This document shows, in pieces, positions 25,985-38,773 of a stretch of 64,000 bases of DNA (position 1 is its first letter; each line of letters starts with the position of its first letter). Under the pieces are notes generated by a model, which made no database searches, was not told the origin of the DNA, and saw nothing but the letters and a program-made list of their open reading frames with translations. The DNA lies in the NCBI GenBank assembly GCA_016748015.1, contig JAAOMT010000009.1, forward strand, positions 576,459-640,458. Direction: 5' to 3'. The DNA comes from Geosiphon pyriformis uo1 (taxonomy: Eukaryota; Fungi; Glomeromycota). The translations under genes and the position numbers were made by a program.

Positions 25985-28372
25985 GTGGCGACAAAAACCC
26001 TTAATCTTACTGTTCTTGAATTCTGCCATGCTATTTACACACAAAATCAGAGTGATCTTGGATTACCAGAAGGGTGTTGTCCAGCAGAATCTGCCCTCAC
26101 TTATTATATCAATGCCAGAATAAATTATCATATAGGAAAGGAAGAAGAACCACACAATGCAAAACTTGGATTGTATAGAAAATTATCACAATACACTACA
26201 AAAGAAGTAGCAGTAATAGCCGCAACTATTGTCAAAATCCATCGAAAAATTGAGCAATACGCCAACGAAAATTTTCCAATATCCACAGGAAACACTAGAG
26301 AATGCGCCAACAAAACCAAAGAAAATTTAGAAACTAATCAGGAAAGTAACCAGCAAAAACTAGGAACACCAGCTCAAATGCCAAAGAAAACTGTCACTCA
26401 ATCAATAAAGAAACAACGTATTTATTCACCAGAAGATAAATCATACCATTTTTCACCAGAAAATAAGATACAAATTCCATTAGGAGCTGCATCATCATCA
26501 ACATCAACTCCACAAATGCCAAGAACTCCTAGTTATATTGATAAAATTAAACAACGTAACTGGGGAGACATACCAATTACAGGAGGATATTCATCACTAT
26601 TCCAAAACCCTCTTTTTCAGCCAAAATTTAGAACGGGGTTTGAAAACCATGAAGAGAAGTCTGAATCAGAATCCGAAAAAGAGACCAGCGAAAAAACAAT
26701 CACAAGACCAGTCACTGGAACAAGCAGCCAGTCCAGAAACCAAGAAACTTGTGATCAAGAGGAAGAACCGGATATAAGGGAAGCCACCTTTAGGAATGCT
26801 CAAGGAAATATCATCTCACCTTCTCTTAGACCAATAAACCCACCAGCAGAAAACGGCAACGAAATGACCACATCATACATTGCAAGACTAACAAATTTCT
26901 CAGGAGAAGAAGAAGAAATGGACGTGCACACATGGCTCAGAGAAGCACAAAAAGCCATTCAGGCAAATAACTGGAATGACCAAAGAGCAATTCAAATATT
27001 ACCTTTCTTCCTGAAAGGCACAGCCGACTCGTGGTATCAAAGCCTGAAAACAAAACTCACGAGCTTTGCCGAATTTAAGAATGCACTCCTGGAGTATTTT
27101 AGCGACCCAAATGCCGTAATCCAACTACAGAACAAATTCAATACTATCAAGCAAAATACCGGTGAAACTGTCATCCAATACCTTGCTCAATTCAATCAAA
27201 TTCGCCGTCAGATTGAAGTGATTGAACAAGAATACTACACTGATCCTCAGGTTTTAAATCAGTTTATTAGAGGATTAAAAAGCAGCATTTTAGGAAGAGT
27301 ACGCCCTGCCCACCCTAATTCCTTACCAGAAGCTGTTACGCTCGCCAGAGCCCTTGAATCGGCTAAGAAAGAAGCTAATCATAGTCAAATGGTTAACATA
27401 GTAATTGAGGAAAATAAGACAGAAACATTAGAGAAAAGAGTAACGCAATTAGGGAAGGAACTCTCTAAGAAAATAGAAAGTTACCTCATCCCGGATCCGA
27501 GAAAAAATACATACCAACCACCCCAAAAACACAGCCAGGAAGTCAGTGACAGTCGAAATAATCGCTCATTGCATCAGGAATTCAGAACAGAAACACGCGC
27601 CTGTCATTTTTGCAAACGCGTAAGACATTTGATTAGTCAATGTCAAACGCGAATGATGCAGGAAGCACGCGAAAATAATTACTACGCGCCACCCCAAATG
27701 CCCAGAAACCAGTACACGCCAATACCACGCCAATATCCCACCACGTATCAAAATCAAGGAGCTTACCAGCAACAGCCCATGATAGCCAACCCGAATTGGC
27801 ATCCCGAGGCCCGAAATCAGCCCATGTGGAACCAGAACGCGTTGGTCCAGAGGAATCCAAACCACGCCGGAACCAATCAGCAAACCAATCCAAACTACCA
27901 AAATTATCAACAAACTTACCTTAATATACCGGAAAATCTGATCATCGGAAACAATGATGATAGAAACATAAACAGAACCAAGAATTTCTCCAAATTGAGC
28001 CAGACAATACCACCAGCAGTTGCCACCGAAGATAGCAGCCTCACAGCTATTTTTCCTTTTGAATTAAAGGAAAACGAGGCTATGTTCAGTGAAGCAGCAT
28101 TGGACGAAAAACGCCCAATCACTGCTATGTATATGGAAGCCACTGTAAACAATACCCCAATCAAACTTATCTTAGACAGCAGATTCGCTGGAAGCATCGT
28201 AACGCTTCAACTAGTAAACCAACTGGGTTTCAAAGTTGATCGTGCCGCGACGTTCCAAATCATAACAGCCAATGGAAGTACAAAGCTGCCTCATGGCGAA
28301 ATCGACTCATTCCCTTTCGAAATTAACGGCATAGCAATACCTACAAAAGTATTAGTAATGGACACTACATAA
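25985..28372 (+). CDS. C Gag-protease (795 aa open, premature TAA within the protease)
   Basis: Capsid-like FSG...W...WY..L...F..F, knuckle CHFCKRVRHLISQC and LILDSR.AGS all in one frame. Confidence 0.9.
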   Translation: MATKTLNLTVLEFCHAIYTQNQSDLGLPEGCCPAESALTYYINARINYHIGKEEEPHNAKLGLYRKLSQYTTKEVAVIAATIVKIHRKIEQYANENFPISTGNTRECANKTKENLETNQESNQQKLGTPAQMPKKTVTQSIKKQRIYSPEDKSYHFSPENKIQIPLGAASSSTSTPQMPRTPSYIDKIKQRNWGDIPITGGYSSLFQNPLFQPKFRTGFENHEEKSESESEKETSEKTITRPVTGTSSQSRNQETCDQEEEPDIREATFRNAQGNIISPSLRPINPPAENGNEMTTSYIARLTNFSGEEEEMDVHTWLREAQKAIQANNWNDQRAIQILPFFLKGTADSWYQSLKTKLTSFAEFKNALLEYFSDPNAVIQLQNKFNTIKQNTGETVIQYLAQFNQIRRQIEVIEQEYYTDPQVLNQFIRGLKSSILGRVRPAHPNSLPEAVTLARALESAKKEANHSQMVNIVIEENKTETLEKRVTQLGKELSKKIESYLIPDPRKNTYQPPQKHSQEVSDSRNNRSLHQEFRTETRACHFCKRVRHLISQCQTRMMQEARENNYYAPPQMPRNQYTPIPRQYPTTYQNQGAYQQQPMIANPNWHPEARNQPMWNQNALVQRNPNHAGTNQQTNPNYQNYQQTYLNIPENLIIGNNDDRNINRTKNFSKLSQTIPPAVATEDSSLTAIFPFELKENEAMFSEAALDEKRPITAMYMEATVNNTPIKLILDSRFAGSIVTLQLVNQLGFKVDRAATFQIITANGSTKLPHGEIDSFPFEINGIAIPTKVLVMDTT

Positions 28373-31300
28373 TATCAAGCGTTAGTAGGGAATGACTGGC
28401 TAACAAAAGCCAATGTCACCTTAGACTGGACCACCCAAGAGCTTCTAATCAATTATAATGGCCACCAGACCAAAATTCCAGCCACTTGTAACCACTTCTA
28501 AAAACCCAGTACCAACCAAAGACCTACCTTCAAATTTGAGGAAAATTCAGCACTACCAGCCATCGAAACCTATTAGCTCTCTTGGGCTGATGACCAAAGA
28601 ACAGGACTACCAGCCGTACCAATGTGGACCAGTGAAGAAAGATCCGAATGGAACCAGGTAAGTTCACGAAGAAACCACCAGCGACGCAGACCAAAGCTAG
28701 AATGCTCGGTTTGCAAGAAAAAACTCTCATCTATGACTGCGTGCAGCGCACCAGACAAAGACCCAAGAAACCCCACCCACTACTATTGTAACCATTGTAA
28801 CAAAAAAAATACAGTTACCCAGAAAGACACGGAAAATGGGACGAAGAACCGTGCCTTGCTTGTGGAAAACCATTACCAAGAGGGTGCGACTGGAACGACT
28901 TACCAGGCAGAGAAGGAACGTGTGACGCAACTTGCCAATACACGATCCTCATCTGTGATTGGGTAAGAGGAGGAACGCCGTTCGAAGCAGTGTTCAACAG
29001 AGCATTAAAAAGACTACAGCACTACCCACATAATGAGAACGAGTTGTACAACACTGCACAAGCCAAAGTAAGAGGAGGAACCGCCGAAAAAATATGACAT
29101 TGGAAAGAGTCAGCCAAAGTAGCTGACAAAGTCGCCAGCTACAACATGTTCGACCCAGTGGACGAATTCCAGGACTACTACCAACAACTATGCCCCACTC
29201 GACAAGAGCAAGAACAATACCTCGCCCAAATCAACACTTACCTCTGTGAAAACTGTCTCATCCCGTGCCAAAATCAGTGCTGTGAAGAGTATCAAGACGA
29301 AAGGGACTTAGAAAAAAAAATGGAAATTGAGAATCAGTAGTCTCAAAATCAATCAATAAATCAACAAGACTCATTTGACGGTCCCGAGTCAGAAAAATTT
29401 GTAGCCTATACCGACCTAGAACAGGTGACCAACATCCGATACTTCGACAACGGACACTTAGGAATAATACTTGAAAGAGCCTATCCAACTGATGCCGGAT
29501 TCGATCTACGTTATCTGAAAGACCAAACCACAACGTTACCACCCAGGAGCATCACCAAAATCGACCTAAAAATAGCGGTTGAAATTCCGCCAGGAATAAT
29601 GGTTCAAATGGCGTCGCGATCAAGCCTCGCGAAAAAAGGAATAAGCATTCAAGGAGGAGTAATTGACTCCGGATACACTGGAAATTTGATGGTTTTGCTA
29701 CAGAACAATTCAGAAAAGCCTTATACTATTGAATCTAAGGAAAAGATTGCACAAGCAATTTTCCTACCATTGGTAAAAATTGGGAAATNNNNNNNNNNNN
29801 NNNNNNNNCCCTCTACTGTGAGCTCACTTCAATAAATTGGCAACAACCGGTAAAATGCTATCAATTTACGCCAGAAGAATTGGCCAAATTAAACATTGGA
29901 ACAATGGATCCCGACCAACAGCGACAATTAAAAGCATTAATTTTAAAATACTCTGATATATTTTCAAGAAATGGCGAATTTGGAAGAACCAACTTGGTTC
30001 AACACCAAATCCCCACTGGAGATGCCAGACCTGAAAAACAATGTGCTTACCGTGTCCCACCAATGGAGCATAATTTTATCAGAAAAGAAGTCCAAAGCAT
30101 GTTGGAAAAAGGAATAATACAACCATTAATGAGCCCATGGTCCTCACCAGTTGTTTTAGTAAGGAAAAAGAACAGAAAAATTGGATTTTGCGTCGACTAT
30201 CGCAAACTAAACAGCAAAACAACCAAAGACTCATACCCAATACTGTTAATTGACGAAATCTTCGATGTTTTTGGAGGAGCAAAATGGTTTTCTATACTGG
30301 ACTTGACCAGTGGGTACTGACAAGTGGAAATGGACCCAAAGGACAGGCATAAAACAGCATTCACAACATAAAATGGCAATTATAAGTTCAATGTAATGCC
30401 ATTTGGATTAACAAATGCTCCCGCAATATTCCAAAGACTAATGGACGTAATTTACTCCAGAATCCTGTGGCAATCCGTTGTTGTCTACTTGGATGATACA
30501 AATGTTTTCTCGTCAAAATTCACGGATCATCTCCAACATTTACAACAAGTTTTTGAGAGATTGAGACACGCTGGACTTAAACTAAATCTAGAAAAATGTT
30601 TCTTTGGGAAAAATGAGCTAGCATTTTTAGGACACGTAGTTGGAAAAGATGGAATAAAACCAGATCCATCAAAAATAGACAAAGTGAAAAATTTTCCAGT
30701 ACCTCGAAACGTTTCAGAAGTTAGAAGCTTTTTAGGACTCGCATCTTACTACCGCTGCTTTGTAGAAAACTTTTCAAACATCGCCAAACCCCTTAATTAC
30801 CTACTATCTAAAAATGTGAAGTTTAAATGGACTGAAGCACAACAAAAAGCTTTTGAGTACCTTAGACAAAAGCTCATTGAATCACCAATAATGATCTANN
30901 NNNNNNNNNNNNNNNNNNATCACCAAAATCGACCTAAAAATAGCGGTTGAAATTCCGCCAGGAATAATGGTTCAAATGGCGTCGCGATCAAGCCTCGCGA
31001 AAAAAGGAATAAGCATTCAAGGAGGAGTAATTGACTCCGGATACACTGGAAATTTGATGGTTTTGCTACAGAACAATTCAGAAAAGCCTTATACTATTGA
31101 ATCTAAGGAAAAGATTGCACAAGCAATTTTCCTACCATTGGTAAAAATTGGGAAATTCGTGCCAGTGGAAAATCATGAGGAATTGTCACAAACAACGAGA
31201 GGAACTTTTGGTTTCGGATCGACAGGAAAAAGAATTGAAGCGAATTTCGCTGAAACAATAGAGGAAAAAGGTGAAGTAATTAAAAATGAGCAGTTCATCA

Positions 31301-32512
31301 TGCTCCTACCATATGGAAAATCAGAAATNNNNNNNNNNNNNNNNNNNNAGCAACCATCTAACGTGCAACTAGCCGTTACTATTGGCCAAAAATAAGTTCA
31401 AACATAATCCAATACATAAGAAATTGTGACCCATGCCAACGAAGAGGAGGAGCAAAAACAACAGAATTATTAAGACCAATAAAAGTTGGACAGCCATTTG
31501 ACAGAATCGGAATTGATTTAGTTGGACCCTTACCAATAACAACAAGAAACAACCGTTATATTGCAGTAGCCATGGACTATCTCACCAAATGGCCAGAAGC
31601 TAGAGCTATTAAAACAGCTGATGCTATTTCCGTAGCTCAATTCGTACATGAAGACTTAATTTGCCGACATGGATGTCCACAAGAATTGCTATCAGATCAA
31701 GACACACACTTCGTAAACAGCACCTTAAAAGAACTTAGCCAAAAATTTGGAATCAAGCAACCACTGTCATTACCATACCACCCTCAAACAAATGGATTAG
31801 TTGAAAGATTTAATCACACATTATGCGAATCACTGGCGAAAATTAGTAACGAACATGAAAAAGAANNNNNNNNNNNNNNNNNNNNCCATCAAAAATAGAC
31901 AAAGTGAAAAATTTTCCAGTACCTCGAAACGTTTCAGAAGTTAGAAGCTTTTTAGGACTCGCATCTTACTACCGCTGCTTTGTAGAAAACTTTTCAAACA
32001 TCACCAAACCCTTTAATTACCTACTATCTAAAAATGTGAAGTTTAAATGAACTGAAGCACAACAAAAAGCTTTTGAGTACCTTAGACAAAAGCTCATTGA
32101 ATCACCAATAATGATCTATCTGAATTTCAACAAGAAATTCATTTTGGCCACAGATGCCTCTGGAACTGGACTTGGAGCCATTCTGTCACAAAAAGATGAT
32201 AATGGAAGAGAACGTATAATTGCTTATGCCAGCAGAAGTCTCAGTACAGCAGAACAAAACTATGCAGCACATGAACTTGAATGCTTAGCAGTAGTCTGGA
32301 GTTGTGTTCACTTTGACACATATTTACGGTACCAACCCTTTGAGATTACGACAGATCATAGAGGTCTGGTCTGGTTAAATAACAAGAAAGTGCTAAAAAG
32401 AAAATATGCCAAATGGTCACAAACATTAGCACCATACGATTATATTATCAAATACAAAGAAGGTACCAAAAATGCTAATGCCGACTGTTTGTCAAGAATG
32501 AGACACACATAA
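28373..32512 (+). pseudogene. C Cys-rich domain, dUTPase, RT and RNase H fragments (order scrambled and duplicated by gaps)
   Basis: DAGFDL, RSSLA, GGVIDSGYTG, IAQ, RGTFGFGSTG; MPFGLTNAP, YLDD; TDASG, ELE, TDH; stop at 32512. Confidence 0.9.
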
Positions 32513-32541
32513 AAATCACCAACCCACCCGCCACAACAACA

Positions 32542-33474
32542 ATGAACAACCACCTTTACAAAAACCTCAGCCAATACTTGGAAACACTACAAATAGACGA
32601 AGAAATGCCAGTAAAAGAGCTAATTAAGCTCCAAAAATTAGCAAAACACTATTTCATCCAAAATCACATACTTTATTACCAGAATCGACAAAATCCAGAT
32701 AATCCATTAAGAGTTATAACCACGGATGAAAAAGAAACTATCTTATTTAACATGCACTCAGATATTCATTCAGGCCACTTTGGAAAAACAGCAACCATCT
32801 AACGTGCAACTANNNNNNNNNNNNNNNNNNNNAAAATTAGTAACGAACATGAAAAAGAATGGGATTTGTTCATACCAGCAGTACTATTAGCATATAGAAC
32901 AGTAAAACAAGATACTACACAATTCACACCATTTGAACTAGTTTATGGAAGAAAAGCCACATTACCCATTGAACTTACTATCCCAACTTATCCAAGTGAC
33001 ACTATCACGGAAGCAACATTCCAGGAAACACTACTTAGAAGAACATACGAATTAATGGGAACTTTAAAAAACAAAAGAAGAAAAGCAGCACAAAATATTG
33101 AACAATCACAAAAACAACAAAAAGTGAGACATGATAACCAGTTACCAGATAATATAATTAGCTACAAAATTGGAGATAAAGTATTGTTGCATCGTACAAA
33201 AATGGAAAAACAGTGAAGTGGAAAATTTGATCACAAGTGGGATGGACCATTTTATATTCACGAAATACTTGGAAATAGAGCATACAAGCTAAGACTAGAT
33301 GATAAAATGTTAAGAAAAGCAGCATATAGTAACCAGCTGAAATTCTATTACAGTAAACCAGTAATAACAACAAAAACACCCAGAATTGGAACACAATTAT
33401 CTTTAATTCTACCAGAACAAATTCCACGAGATTTAGAACCAATAGTTTTAATTGAACATTATTCGAAAAGATAA
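32542..33474 (+). pseudogene. C stand-alone integrase (core misplaced to 31349-31865 by the assembly)
   Basis: Own ATG 29 nt after the RNase H stop; HSDIHSGH; WDGPF; tail LEPIVLIEH. Confidence 0.85.
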
Positions 33475-33558
33475 TTAATTTTAGATCACAGCAAAAATGA
33501 TTTAACAACCATAAAAACGCATGCAAAAGATTCCAAAATAACAGTCAAAATTAAAACA

Positions 33559-33741
33559 ATGATACTTATTCCAGAAAACATCAACAATATAACTCAACAA
33601 TTAGTTGAAAGCTTACAACAATTAAAATCCGATCTAGAAATCACAGTTAATAGCTCCAAAATAACATACATAAAAAGAACAATAGAAAATCCAAAAACAA
33701 GAAAAGAACATAATTTCGAACCATATAATATTGCCAAATAT
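33559..33741 (+). CDS. C ORF3 N-terminus (remainder lost in gap)
   Basis: MILIPENINNITQQLVESL..LEITV..SKITY is similar to B ORF3 MTIPQNIQQLSQKL..LSITV..NHINY. Confidence 0.7.
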
Positions 33742-34232
33742 NNNNNNNNNNNNNNNNNNNNAATTGAAGCGAATTTCGCTGAAACAATAGAGGAAAAAGG
33801 TGAAGTAATTAAAAATGAGCAGTTCATCATGCTCCTACCATATGGAAAATCAGAAATAAGAATAAAAAGGACAATTAAAGAAAAAGACCTAATATTTGAG
33901 CCCTACCCAGAAACTTGCCAACAGTTTCTCATAGGACTTACTAACCTTTTTATTCCAGCTGATAAAGCTCAATGGATAAAAATTCCTATCGCAAACACCA
34001 CAGAAGAACCTGTCTACATTCCGGAAGATACCATCATTGGATACCTCGGAACGGAACTAGAAAACGCGTCAACACCACAAGAAATTCTAAATTTCCCAGA
34101 AATCCCCCTCTACTGTGAGCTCACTTCAATAAATTGGCAACAACCGGTAAAATGCTATCAATTTACGCCAGAAGAATTGGCCAAATTAAACATTCGATTT
34201 TGACGGAGCTCAATCTTGAAAGGAGGGGATAA

Positions 34233-34905
34233 TGTTACGGTTTAAGAATTTAGCAAAAAGAATCATAAAAATAATACAAACTATTCAATCATAATATAGC
34301 ACAGTAATAATCTTAGAAAGATAATGATTAACATAGTAGCAAACACCATCTCGCGATAGTGGCAAGCACCAGTTCACAATAGCAGCCAACACCAACTGGT
34401 GATAGCAGCAAACACCAGGTTGAAATATCAAAANNNNNNNNNNNNNNNNNNNNCACAACCCAAAGTATTAAGAAACTTACTTGTATTATTTATTGAATGA
34501 AACTATCATTCATCAACTGAATCTCTTGGAAGAATAATCCTTGATCAAGATTATTTACGTTGTTACTAATTGATAAAAACTTTATTGTGAGAATTAGAAA
34601 AGCGCTAAAAACCATTAACATTCTGTGTTTCTAGATTAGAGAAACACATCAGGCAATTGCAAGGATAGCCTCAGAGAAGACCCCAGACAGTGGGTAGATT
34701 TCAGTTCAGCCTCTGAGAAGGAGTACATAAACACACACAACAATCAAGAATTAAAGAATAACTTACATTGCAACAATAAAAAAGAAAGTCTTCAGTGTAA
34801 CAGTGACATTATCACACAAATAGAATTGAGGAACTCACGAAAGACTGATTGCAATTAAAGCGGGATATCAGCAATTAAATATAACAAGAAAACCATCCCG
34901 TAACA
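34233..34905 (+). repeat. 3' LTR of C (contains an N gap)
   Basis: Direct repeat of 25032-25902. Confidence 0.93.
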
Positions 34906-34909
34906 ACGG

Positions 34910-37221
34910 AAAAAATTGAAACAACACCTATCTACCTTATCAAAAATCAGCCTGTCTTACAACTTAAATACTTCAACAACAATGGACAAGGAATAAAACC
35001 CGAAAAAGCACACGAAATTGATGCTGGATATGACCTAAAATATCCAGGCAAGGATACTCTTGTTTTCAAACCCAAATCTCTCACAAAAATCAACCTCAAA
35101 ATTGCACTCAAAATCCCGCCAGGAGCAATGGTTCAAATCACCTCCCGGTCCTCTCTGACAAGCAAAGGAATCAATGTCAGAGGAGGAATAATTGATGCTG
35201 GATATACTGGAGACATAACAGTAATGCTTCAAAATGAAACTGACAAACCATTCAAGATTGAACATGCTGAAAAAATTGCCCAAGCTATTTATCTACCCTT
35301 AATCAACATTTCGGGTTTGCAATTAGTCAATCAAAGAGAGCAATTAAGAAAGAGCAATAGAAGAACCCAAGGTTTTGGTTCAACTGGATGATTCACAGTT
35401 CCAGTTAATATAGCTCTTAACACACAGAACAAATCTCACCAGATTCTCAGACTTCCACAACTGATTACTATCTCACCCTTTGGAGAACATCCAGAAATCT
35501 ACACCTGCCCAAAGTCAACAACTACACAACAAATTTTTGAGTCCAATAAACAAGTCTGCTTGGAACATAATATTTCGATTCCAAACATTTATATTCCAGA
35601 AGGAACAAAAAAAGTCCGAGTTACTTTTTACAACCCCAATAATTACCTTATAATTTTATTAAATAATTTAGAAATTGGAGTTATTCACAGTAATATATTT
35701 CAACAAGAATTACCCCAAATAGTTCCCGATTTCTCTGAAATTATTGAACATTCAATACCAAAAACCAACCCAAACCCCAGCTCCAAAAACTACCATGTTG
35801 TCATGGAAAAACTATCTCGAATCAACATGGGACAACTTGAACCACAACAACAGACCCAGCTCAAAGAGCTAATTGCAGAATTTGCTGACATTTTTGCTGA
35901 AAACAACAATGACTTAGGAAGAACTGATTTGGTTCAACACCAAATCTATACAGGAGATGCCAAACCTAGGTGACAACAAGCCTACCGAGTTGCTCCAGAA
36001 AGTCACCAATTTATCCGAAAAGAAGTACAACAGATGCTTAACAATGGGCTTATTCAATCATCAATAAGCCCATGGGCCTTACCTGTGGTCCTAGTTAAAA
36101 AGAAAAATGGAAAGATACAATTTTGTGTTGACTACCGACAACTCAACAGTGTCACCATTGGGGATGCCTACCCTCTTCCCCAAATTGATGACATGTTGGA
36201 TGCCCTTGGAAAGTCCAAATACTTTTCAACATTAGATTTAGAGAGTAGATACTGGCAAGTTGCTATGGACCCCAAAGACTGCCCCAAAACAGCATTCACC
36301 ATTCAAGGAGGAAATTACGAGTTCAATGTAATGCCTTTTGGATTATGCAATGCACCAGCAACATTCCAAAGACTCATGGATGTTGTTTACAAAGGCCTTC
36401 TTTGGAAATCAGTAGTAGTTTATCTTGATGACACTGATGTTTATTCACCATCTTTCGAGCTACATTTAATTCACCTACAAGAAGTTTTTCAATGATTACG
36501 GAAAGCAGGATTGAAACTGAACATTGAAAAATGCTACTTTGGAAAAACAAGTTTAGCTTTTCTTGGTCACATTGTTAGCAAAGATGGAATTAAACCAGAC
36601 CCTGGAAAAATCAAGAACTTCAAGACTCCACAGAATACTACAAAATTAAGAGGATTTATTGGATTAGCATCCTATTACCGAAAATTCATTAAAGAATTTT
36701 CAGAAATTGCAAAACTCTTCAACCAGCTCACTACTAAAAATGTTGAATACAAATGAACAGAAGAACACCAAAATGCTTTCAAGATACTTAAGGAAAAACT
36801 CACAACAGCTCCAATTCTCGCCTACCCAGATTTCAGCAACCAATTTCGGTTAGCAACTGACGCCTCTTATACTGCCTTTGGTGCCATCCTATCATAGTTA
36901 GATGACAATGAAAATGAGCAAGTAATTTCTTATGCTAGTAGAACATTAAAGCCAGCCAAAAAGAACTACCCTGCAACAGAATTAGAAACCACAACAGTAA
37001 TCTGGGCCCTACATTACTTCAATCTTTATCTCAGACCCAAGGAATTTGATATTATCACTGATAATATTGGACTTAAATGGCTTCAAAACAAAAACACCCA
37101 GCTGAACGCAAAACAAACCCAATGGACAGGATTTTTAGCTAATTACCAATACATCGTACACCACAAACCAGGAAAACTCCACACCAACGTTGATTGTCTC
37201 TCAAGAATAAGGCAAGATTAG
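34910..37221 (+). pseudogene. B ORF1, 3' part: dUTPase - RT - RNase H
   Basis: DAGYDL, RSSL, GGIIDAGYTG, IAQ, GFGSTG; MPFGLCNAPATFQ, YLDD; terminal TAG at 37219-37221. Confidence 0.92.
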
Positions 37222-37270
37222 AAAACAAAACCAACACCCATTTGAATTAACAGCATCAAAACAACAAACA

Positions 37271-38656
37271 ATGAACCCCAAAAACTACAACAATCTCAAA
37301 AAATATTTGGAAACATTAACAATCCCAACAGATTGGTCCCCAGACAAAAAACATCAGTTACAACAACAATCCAAACAATATTTTCTACACAACAATATTA
37401 TCTATCATTGAAATTTCAAAAACCCAACCAAACCACTCAGATTAATACAAGAACAGGAAAAAGAGACCATTTTATATAATATGCACTCAGATCTTTCATC
37501 AGCACACTTCGGAAAAGATAGCACCACCCAAAAAACACTAGAATACTATTTTTGGCCTCAAATGAGAAAAGACATTCATGAATATGTCGAATCTTGTGAT
37601 AGTTGTCAAAGAAGAAGAGGAACTCGCCCTACAGAACCTTTAAATCCAATCAAAGTTGGACAGCTTTTTGACAGAGTTGGTATTGATTTAGTCAGACCAC
37701 TATCTATCACCACTCAAGGAAACCGTTATATTGCAGTAGCTGTAGACTATCTTACTAAATGGCCTGAAGCCAGAGCCATTCAACGAGCAGATGCAAAATC
37801 AGTAGCAAATTTCATCTACGAAGACATCATTTGTAGACATAGATGTCCAATTGAACTTTTATCTGATCAGGGAACACACTTTGTGAACAACCTGATACAA
37901 AAAATTTGTGAATGATTCAATGTCAAAAGACCTCTGTCTTCGCCTTACCATCCACAAACAAATGAACTTGTGGAACATTTTAACAGAACATTGTGTGAGT
38001 TATTAGCCAAAGTCTCAACCAATTTTGAGCAAGAATGGGATCTCTTTATCCCATCAGTGTTACTAGCATATAGGACATTAAAACAAGATACCACAAAACA
38101 CACACCATTTGATTTAACTTATAGAAGGACGGCAACGTTACCAATTAGTTTCACAGTGGAAACATACCCAGCACAACCAATTAATGAAAACAATTTCCAA
38201 GAAACGCTTCAGCGAAGAGCCTACACTCTGCTTAGCACATTGGAAGGAAAACGATGAATAGCAGCCACCCATATTGAACACTCCCAAGCTCAACAAAAAG
38301 AATGGCATGATGACAAATTGCCTTCAGTCACCAATAAATTCAAAATTGGAAACAAAGTTCTCTTACACAGAACTAAAGCTGAAAAACAATGGAGTGAAAA
38401 ATTTGAAAATAAATGGGATGGACCATTCTTTATCCATAAAGTCCTAGGCAATGGATCATACAAGCTAAGACTTGATAACAAAATCCAAGCAAAAGTTGCA
38501 CATGGAGATCGTTTGAAACACTATCATTCCAGAAACAATCTTGAACCATTAATTCCACAAATCAGTACACATTCCCCTTTGGTCAGTCCCGGAGACATTC
38601 CCCAAAACTTAGAACCAATAGTTGTTATTGAACAACCTTCCAACCTGAACACTTAA
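37271..38656 (+). pseudogene. B ORF2: stand-alone integrase
   Basis: ATG 49 nt after the RNase H stop; H2C2, DDE core, WDGPF, tail LEPIVVIE; internal TGA stops. Confidence 0.92.
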
Positions 38657-38773
38657 TTTAATTTTACTAGTTATTTTCTTATAATTTAGAAACAATCTCA
38701 CAAAAACAAAACAAAAAATAACATAAAAACCCATACACCAAAAATAATTTTCTTTTATTTCAAATCGCTTATA

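Larger units (their letters stand above)
25032..34905 (+). mobile_element. Ty3/Gypsy element C (distinct LTR, dUTPase-bearing, youngest); interior misassembled across 7 N gaps
   Basis: LTRs 25032-25902 and 34233-34905; perfect TSD ACGG (25028-25031/34906-34909); PPT GAAAGGAGGGGATAA. Confidence 0.95.

Noticed and set aside
30919-31328. Tandem second dUTPase or rearranged domain order in C
   Set aside because: Bounded by N gaps and identical to the upstream copy; assembly artefact
33559-34203. 214-aa ORF as a real protein
   Set aside because: Chimera across an N gap of ORF3 N-terminus and the post-dUTPase linker
38318-38656. Chromodomain at the integrase C-terminus
   Set aside because: Only a GPF/SH3-like segment and a short tail; no chromodomain motif
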